A DNA stretch of 64,000 nucleotides from contig OX597815.1 of the NCBI GenBank assembly GCA_951406725.2, positions 209,746,001 to 209,810,000 of the forward strand, written 5' to 3'. Source of the DNA: Octopus vulgaris (taxonomy: Eukaryota). Below, piece after piece: positions 56,070 to 64,000 of this stretch (positions within the stretch are counted from its first letter, which is position 1; each line of letters begins with the position of its first letter). The translations under genes were made by a program, and so were the position numbers. The notes under the pieces are model-generated. The model ran no database searches. It was not told the DNA's origin and was given only the letters and a program-made list of their open reading frames with translations.

Positions 56070-58086
56070 CCATTCACCCACTAGAAATAACAGCCAAAGC
56101 TTCTACCGCAAATAAAGATCAATTCCGTAAACAGGAGAAAATTAAAAAAACATTTACCCTGTAATTTCTTGTACGGTATACCGTTTCATCTGCTGTTTAA
56201 TGGTAAACTAACCTGATTAAATTAAATCAAGCCAATCTTCCATAAGCCCTCAGATTCTTCAGCAAGAAATAGCTCAAGTCGGAACAGATATTTACACGAG
56301 GCATACCCAATCCTGCCAAGGCAATATCTGACCTAAAATTTTCAAATCGTCGCACTCGCGCCAAATTTATCGGCAGCAAATAAATCGTCGATTCCATTAC
56401 GGAATTAACCAAAAAATTCATAATTAATCAATATAGGGTGGCAAGGAAAATTTTGTAGAATTTTTTTGCCACCAGCGGCCCAGTGGGAAAAAATTAAATA
56501 GTCATAGACCATTTTTAAGTTCAACATTAACAATTAAGGAACGGCCATAATAGGCCATTCACCCACTAGAAATAACAGCCAAAGCTTCTACCGCAAATAA
56601 AGATCAATTCCGTAAACAGGAGAAAATTAAAAAAACATTTACCCTGTAATTTCTTGTACGGTATACCGTTTCATCTGCTGTTTAATGGTAAACTAACCTG
56701 ATTAAATTAAATCAAGCCAATCTTCCATAAGCCCTCAGATTCTTCAGCAAGAAATAGCTCAAGTCGGAACAGATATTTACACGAGGCATACCCAATCCTG
56801 CCAAGGCAATATCTGACCTAAAATTTTCAAATCGTCGCACTCGCGCCAAATTTATCGGCAGCAAATAAATCGTCGATTCCATTACGGAATTAACCAAAAA
56901 ATTCATAATTAATCAATATAGGGTGGCAAGGAAAATTTTGTAGAATTTTTTTGCCACCAGCGGCCCAGTGGGAAAAAATTAAATAGTCATAGACCATTTT
57001 TAAGTTCAACATTAACAATTAAGGAACGGCCATAATAGGCCATTCACCCACTAGAAATAACAGCCAAAGCTTCTACCGCAAATAAAGATCAATTCCGTAA
57101 ACAGGAGAAAATTAAAAAAACATTTACCCTGTAATTTCTTGTACGGTATACCGTTTCATCTGCTGTTTAATGGTAAACTAACCTGATTAAATTAAATCAA
57201 GCCAATCTTCCATAAGCCCTCAGATTCTTCAGCAAGAAATAGCTCAAGTCGGAACAGATATTTACACGAGGCATACCCAATCCTGCCAAGGCAATATCTG
57301 ACCTAAAATTTTCAAATCGTCGCACTCGCGCCAAATTTATCGGCAGCAAATAAATCGTCGATTCCATTACGGAATTAACCAAAAAATTCATAATTAATCA
57401 ATATAGGGTGGCAAGGAAAATTTTGTAGAATTTTTTTGCCACCAGCGGCCCAGTGGGAAAAAATTAAATAGTCATAGACCATTTTTAAGTTCAACATTAA
57501 CAATTAAGGAACGGCCATAATAGGCCATTCACCCACTAGAAATAACAGCCAAAGCTTCTACCGCAAATAAAGATCAATTCCGTAAACAGGAGAAAATTAA
57601 AAAAACATTTACCCTGTAATTTCTTGTACGGTATACCGTTTCATCTGCTGTTTAATGGTAAACTAACCTGATTAAATTAAATCAAGCCAATCTTCCATAA
57701 GCCCTCAGATTCTTCAGCAAGAAATAGCTCAAGTCGGAACAGATATTTACACGAGGCATACCCAATCCTGCCAAGGCAATATCTGACCTAAAATTTTCAA
57801 ATCGTCGCACTCGCGCCAAATTTATCGGCAGCAAATAAATCGTCGATTCCATTACGGAATTAACCAAAAAATTCATAATTAATCAATATAGGGTGGCAAG
57901 GAAAATTTTGTAGAATTTTTTTGCCACCAGCGGCCCAGTGGGAAAAAATTAAATAGTCATAGACCATTTTTAAGTTCAACATTAACAATTAAGGAACGGC
58001 CATAATAGGCCATTCACCCACTAGAAATAACAGCCAAAGCTTCTACCGCAAATAAAGATCAATTCCGTAAACAGGAGAAAACATTT
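56066..58086 (-). mobile_element. 485-bp hammerhead (retrozyme-like) tandem array, left block, about 4.2 units
   Basis: Exact 485-bp period (ORF track repeats at 56227, 56712, 57197, 57682). Starts directly after (TA)n at TAGGCC. Confidence 0.95.
56164..56270 (-). ncRNA. Type I hammerhead ribozyme (also at 56649-56755, 57134-57240, 57619-57725)
   Basis: Reverse complement of the motif described at 58314-58420. Confidence 0.92.
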
Positions 58087-61000
58087 TATTTTAATTTTTT
58101 CCCACTGGCGTGGTGCAAAAAAATTCTACAAAATTTTCCTTGCCACCCTATATTGATTAATTATGAATTTTTTGGTTAATTCCGTAATGGAATCGACGAT
58201 TTATTTGCTGCCGATAAATTTGGCGCGAGTGCGACGATTTGAAAATTTTAGGTCAGATATTGCCTTGGCAGGATTGGGTATGCCTCGTGTAAATATCTGT
58301 TCCGACTTGAGCTATTTCTTGCTGAAGAATCTGAGGGCTTATGGAAGATTGGCTTGATTTAATTTAATCAGGTTAGTTTACCATTAAACAGCAGATGAAA
58401 CGGTATACCGTACAAGAAATTACAGGGTAAATGTTTTTTTAATTTTCTCCTGTTTACGGAATTGATCTTTATTTGCGGTAGAAGCTTTGGCTGTTATTTC
58501 TAGTGGGTGAATGGCCTATTATGGCCGTTCCTTAATTGTTAATGTTGAACTTAAAAATGGTCTATGACTATTTAATTTTTTCCCACTGGGCCGCTGGTGG
58601 CAAAAAAATTCTACAAAATTTTCCTTGCCACCCTATATTGATTAATTATGAATTTTTTGGTTAATTCCGTAATGGAATCGACGATTTATTTGCTGCCGAT
58701 AAATTTGGCGCGAGTGCGACGATTTGAAAATTTTAGGTCAGATATTGCCTTGGCAGGATTGGGTATGCCTCGTGTAAATATCTGTTCCGACTTGAGCTAT
58801 TTCTTGCTGAAGAATCTGAGGGCTTATGGAAGATTGGCTTGATTTAATTTAATCAGGTTAGTTTACCATTAAACAGCAGATGAAACGGTATACCGTACAA
58901 GAAATTACAGGGTAAATGTTTTTTTAATTTTCTCCTGTTTACGGAATTGATCTTTATTTGCGGTAGAAGCTTTGGCTGTTATTTCTAGTGGGTGAATGGC
59001 CTATTATGGCCGTTCCTTAATTGTTAATGTTGAACTTAAAAATGGTCTATGACTATTTAATTTTTTCCCACTGGGCCGCTGGTGGCAAAAAAATTCTACA
59101 AAATTTTCCTTGCCACCCTATATTGATTAATTATGAATTTTTTGGTTAATTCCGTAATGGAATCGACGATTTATTTGCTGCCGATAAATTTGGCGCGAGT
59201 GCGACGATTTGAAAATTTTAGGTCAGATATTGCCTTGGCAGGATTGGGTATGCCTCGTGTAAATATCTGTTCCGACTTGAGCTATTTCTTGCTGAAGAAT
59301 CTGAGGGCTTATGGAAGATTGGCTTGATTTAATTTAATCAGGTTAGTTTACCATTAAACAGCAGATGAAACGGTATACCGTACAAGAAATTACAGGGTAA
59401 ATGTTTTTTTAATTTTCTCCTGTTTACGGAATTGATCTTTATTTGCGGTAGAAGCTTTGGCTGTTATTTCTAGTGGGTGAATGGCCTATTATGGCCGTTC
59501 CTTAATTGTTAATGTTGAACTTAAAAATGGTCTATGACTATTTAATTTTTTCCCACTGGGCCGCTGGTGGCAAAAAAATTCTACAAAATTTTCCTTGCCA
59601 CCCTATATTGATTAATTATGAATTTTTTGGTTAATTCCGTAATGGAATCGACGATTTATTTGCTGCCGATAAATTTGGCGCGAGTGCGACGATTTGAAAA
59701 TTTTAGGTCAGATATTGCCTTGGCAGGATTGGGTATGCCTCGTGTAAATATCTGTTCCGACTTGAGCTATTTCTTGCTGAAGAATCTGAGGGCTTATGGA
59801 AGATTGGCTTGATTTAATTTAATCAGGTTAGTTTACCATTAAACAGCAGATGAAACGGTATACCGTACAAGAAATTACAGGGTAAATGTTTTTTTAATTT
59901 TCTCCTGTTTACGGAATTGATCTTTATTTGCGGTAGAAGCTTTGGCTGTTATTTCTAGTGGGTGAATGGCCTATTATGGCCGTTCCTTAATTGTTAATGT
60001 TGAACTTAAAAATGGTCTATGACTATTTAATTTTTTCCCACTGGGCCGCTGGTGGCAAAAAAATTCTACAAAATTTTCCTTGCCACCCTATATTGATTAA
60101 TTATGAATTTTTTGGTTAATTCCGTAATGGAATCGACGATTTATTTGCTGCCGATAAATTTGGCGCGAGTGCGACGATTTGAAAATTTTAGGTCAGATAT
60201 TGCCTTGGCAGGATTGGGTATGCCTCGTGTAAATATCTGTTCCGACTTGAGCTATTTCTTGCTGAAGAATCTGAGGGCTTATGGAAGATTGGCTTGATTT
60301 AATTTAATCAGGTTAGTTTACCATTAAACAGCAGATGAAACGGTATACCGTACAAGAAATTACAGGGTAAATGTTTTTTTAATTTTCTCCTGTTTACGGA
60401 ATTGATCTTTATTTGCGGTAGAAGCTTTGGCTGTTATTTCTAGTGGGTGAATGGCCTATTATGGCCGTTCCTTAATTGTTAATGTTGAACTTAAAAATGG
60501 TCTATGACTATTTAATTTTTTCCCACTGGGCCGCTGGTGGCAAAAAAATTCTACAAAATTTTCCTTGCCACCCTATATTGATTAATTATGAATTTTTTGG
60601 TTAATTCCGTAATGGAATCGACGATTTATTTGCTGCCGATAAATTTGGCGCGAGTGCGACGATTTGAAAATTTTAGGTCAGATATTGCCTTGGCAGGATT
60701 GGGTATGCCTCGTGTAAATATCTGTTCCGACTTGAGCTATTTCTTGCTGAAGAATCTGAGGGCTTATGGAAGATTGGCTTGATTTAATTTAATCAGGTTA
60801 GTTTACCATTAAACAGCAGATGAAACGGTATACCGTACAAGAAATTACAGGGTAAATGTTTTTTTAATTTTCTCCTGTTTACGGAATTGATCTTTATTTG
60901 CGGTAGAAGCTTTGGCTGTTATTTCTAGTGGGTGAATGGCCTATTATGGCCGTTCCTTAATTGTTAATGTTGAACTTAAAAATGGTCTATGACTATTTAA

Positions 61001-62036
61001 TTTTTTCCCACTGGGCCGCTGGTGGCAAAAAAATTCTACAAAATTTTCCTTGCCACCCTATATTGATTAATTATGAATTTTTTGGTTAATTCCGTAATGG
61101 AATCGACGATTTATTTGCTGCCGATAAATTTGGCGCGAGTGCGACGATTTGAAAATTTTAGGTCAGATATTGCCTTGGCAGGATTGGGTATGCCTCGTGT
61201 AAATATCTGTTCCGACTTGAGCTATTTCTTGCTGAAGAATCTGAGGGCTTATGGAAGATTGGCTTGATTTAATTTAATCAGGTTAGTTTACCATTAAACA
61301 GCAGATGAAACGGTATACCGTACAAGAAATTACAGGGTAAATGTTTTTTTAATTTTCTCCTGTTTACGGAATTGATCTTTATTTGCGGTAGAAGCTTTGG
61401 CTGTTATTTCTAGTGGGTGAATGGCCTATTATGGCCGTTCCTTAATTGTTAATGTTGAACTTAAAAATGGTCTATGACTATTTAATTTTTTCCCACTGGG
61501 CCGCTGGTGGCAAAAAAATTCTACAAAATTTTCCTTGCCACCCTATATTGATTAATTATGAATTTTTTGGTTAATTCCGTAATGGAATCGACGATTTATT
61601 TGCTGCCGATAAATTTGGCGCGAGTGCGACGATTTGAAAATTTTAGGTCAGATATTGCCTTGGCAGGATTGGGTATGCCTCGTGTAAATATCTGTTCCGA
61701 CTTGAGCTATTTCTTGCTGAAGAATCTGAGGGCTTATGGAAGATTGGCTTGATTTAATTTAATCAGGTTAGTTTACCATTAAACAGCAGATGATACGGTA
61801 TACCGTACAAGAAATTACAGGGTAAATGTTTTTTTAATTTTCTCCTGTTTACGGAATTGATCTTTATTTGCGGTAGAAGCTTTGGCTGTTATTTCTAGTG
61901 GGTGAATGGCCTATTATGGCCGTTCCTTAATTGTTAATGTTGAACTTAAAAATGGTCTATGACTATTTAATTTTTTCCCACTGGGCCGCTGGTGGCAAAA
62001 AAATTCTACAAAATTTTCCTTGCCACCCTATATTGA

Positions 62037-62044
<8 letters not shown>
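58087..62044 (+). mobile_element. 485-bp hammerhead (retrozyme-like) tandem array, right block, about 8.2 units
   Basis: Exact 485-bp period (ORF repeats from 58163 to 61558). Ends at ATTAATTAT running into (TA)n. Confidence 0.95.
58314..58420 (+). ncRNA. Type I hammerhead ribozyme (also at 58799, 59284, 59769, 60254, 60739, 61224 and a core-mutant copy at 61709)
   Basis: Stem I ATTTCTTG (58314-21)/CAAGAAAT (58413-20); core CTGAAGA (58322-28); stem II ATCTG/CAGAT with a 58-nt loop; GAAA (58397-400); stem III CGG-TATA-CCG; GUA triplet with cleavage predicted after 58412. Confidence 0.92.
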
Positions 62045-62067
<23 letters not shown>

Positions 62068-62089
62068 GCGGCGTACATACCCTCTCTCT

Positions 62090-62127
<38 letters not shown>

Positions 62128-62204
62128 GGTGTTGTTCAAACGATGAATAGCCTTCGCGTAAACCAATTGGTTCGTTTTGTTCTCTTACTTTATTATTATT
62201 ATCA

Positions 62205-62394
62205 TCTCATAATCATCTCATAATAATGACCTTTATGACTCGTATCACTACCTCGGTCAATCTAAATGTATATATTTGTCACTACCTGTCATAAATAGCC
62301 TTTTTCTATCTGCAATATGCATTTTCGTTGATTTTTCATATTTTACCCTTACATTTCCACGTGTATTTTATATTTTCTTTTCGTAACATATTTC

Positions 62395-62400
<6 letters not shown>
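62205..62400. repeat. Second copy of the TA-anchored repeat seen at 7927-8246
   Basis: Near-identical reverse complement of about 7927-8115. Confidence 0.9.
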
Positions 62401-62454
<54 letters not shown>

Positions 62455-62520
62455 ACATGCATATATACACGAAATGTGTTAATAGAATATTCATGGAGTT
62501 TGCCATAAGGCTAAATCTAA

Positions 62521-62790
62521 TGTTGTAGGTTATACAAAGGTGAAACATGCCGTCCCCTCAAAATAAGGGTAGAGAAACATCGCAAAGCTGTGACACGAGG
62601 AGATATTGATAAATCGGGTATAGCTGATCGTGTATGGAAAAATAGAGACCACCTCTCTGTGTGCGATGAAGTTAAGATAATAGACAGAGAACATCAATGG
62701 AAAATACGAAAACTAAAAGAAGCACCACATATGCTAGGACGCAATAACCTCCTAAGCAGACCGAGTGGAGATATGAATAGCATATGGTAA
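62521..62790 (+). pseudogene. Penelope-like element GIY-YIG endonuclease C-terminal fragment
   Basis: The frame from 62521 reads CCRLYKGETCRPLKIRVEKHRKAVTRGDIDKSGIADRVWKNRDH..DEVKIIDRE..KIRKLKEA, matching the YIGET / R..EH / S.IA.H / R..KE pattern. Confidence 0.88.
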
Positions 62791-62977
62791 CCGGTATTAA
62801 GGAAGGATAGGAAAATATTAAATTTATAAGCCCTAAAATTCATTCCATCATTGCCCGCGGGCATATGGTGTGATGGTTAAGAGCGCTACTATCTCCAAGA
62901 TTCCTAGGTTAGTAATAATAATAATAACATCAAAAAATACCTTAGGAATGAGAGTCCAGGTTCGAAATTTCCCCAAG

Positions 62978-63020
62978 ACACCTGATGAAGGCTGGAGAGT
63001 ATATCAGCCGAAACATTGTG
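62978..63020 (+). ncRNA. PLE pLTR minimal hammerhead (probably decayed)
   Basis: CAC-CTGATGA-A-GGCTG(gagagtatat)CAGCC-GAAA-CA-TT-GTG. Stem III reads ACAT, one change from palindromic ACGT. It lies downstream of the PLE endonuclease. Confidence 0.7.
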
Positions 63021-63591
63021 GTAACAACAAACAAGGTGTGGACAAATATCCGTGAAATGTAAATAATGTAAATGTTTGCATGTGTTATAGAAAACGTACT
63101 ATTGAGAAAATAAAATAAGATGAAAGTGTTGGAAATTATATTTTGCTAATGCGTCCTAAGGTTTTGTCACAGTGTAAATATTGATGCGCAGACTGGAAAG
63201 AAAATAACTTTGAAGTAGGTTTATTTTAATTTAAAAAATGAATAAGCCTAGAATTCCCAGAAGACATCATACCGTCATGAATCATACTTAAGAGTAATCT
63301 TCTTTTACTAATGTCTTTCTTTTTCATACATTGAATTTAGTTTTATAAACTATTTTAAGCATTCATTATTTATTTAAAATTTTATCAATTTTCAGATCAC
63401 TCGAGACCTTTGGTGTGTATTGGAAGGGTTTGATTGATTGCAATTAATTGCTAATAATATGATGAAACAATGCTGTGAGGGAGAAAACTATATAGACAAA
63501 AAGGTACAAAGAGAAAAAGACTTAGAGGTGATATAATGGAAACAATAGAGATTAGATGTCATAAAAACAAGTTAATGGCTTGTGTACACAT

Positions 63592-63617
63592 ATATCTATC
63601 TATCTATCTATCTATCT

Positions 63618-63704
<87 letters not shown>

Positions 63705-63863
63705 ATATATATATATATATACACATATATATATACATCATGTGTTTTGAAGTTTTGCATTCGGTAAAATTTTGTTTACTTTTAGTAGTTTTGACCGCAT
63801 TGGTCCCTCTTAGCGTGTTGGTATCTACGAATAGTAGTACCCTCAATATAATATAAAAGTATA

Positions 63864-63895
<32 letters not shown>

Positions 63896-63906
63896 CATAT
63901 ATATAT

Positions 63907-63943
<37 letters not shown>

Positions 63944-63964
63944 TATATACATATATATATACAC

Positions 63965-64000
<36 letters not shown>
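63592..64000. repeat. (ATCT)n and (TA)n/(TACA)n tracts
   Basis: Directly visible, interrupted by ~120 bp of unique sequence. Confidence 0.9.

Noticed and set aside
58208-58252. Second hammerhead-like motif CCGATAA..GAAAATTT in the unit
   Set aside because: It has two core mismatches, an imperfect stem II and only a 3-bp stem I.
58163-58357. 64-aa ORF (MNFLVNSVME...) repeated 12 times as a protein-coding gene
   Set aside because: It is short, has no recognisable motif and overlaps the ribozyme stem I and core. The repetition only reflects the tandem unit. The unit length (485) is not a multiple of 3 and stops are present, so there is no endless circular ORF in this frame.
58513-58526. GGCC-TATTAT-GGCC as an SfiI/cloning-adapter scar
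   Set aside because: The spacer is 6 nt rather than the 5 nt of SfiI, and no vector sequence is apparent.
56066-62044. CRISPR array or ordinary satellite
   Set aside because: There are no variable spacers and the context is eukaryotic. The full hammerhead and TA-anchored divergent ends argue against a plain satellite.

Overview
This is AT-rich, repeat-saturated animal DNA with no host protein-coding exon I can support. The tRNA-SINE families and dense (TA)n/(CA)n tracts suggest an Octopus-type cephalopod, which is an inference. Nearly all ORF-track entries are translated microsatellites. The window holds several tRNA-SINE families, Tc1/mariner, Chapaev3-like, Helitron-like and MITE DNA elements, and degraded Penelope (PLE), R4-like and L1-like retroelement fragments. 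The main result is a ~6 kb array (56066-62044) of near-identical 485-bp units inserted in a (TA)n tract as two divergent blocks (about 4.2 units on -, about 8.2 on +). Each unit carries a complete type I hammerhead ribozyme: ATTTCTTG-CTGAAGA-ATCTG..58 nt..CAGAT-GAAA-CGGTATACCG-TA-CAAGAAAT. This is a young retrozyme-like array predicted to release 485-nt, potentially circular, RNA. A second, unrelated 507-bp hammerhead unit lies at 39527-40266. Several small fold-back inserts, some with minimal hammerhead-like motifs, also sit in (TA)n tracts with the ribozyme-sense 3' end facing the TA repeat. A Penelope GIY-YIG fragment with its own hammerhead lies 0.5 kb from the array. Together these suggest a (TA)n-targeted, twin-primed, PLE-mobilised ribozyme retroelement system.
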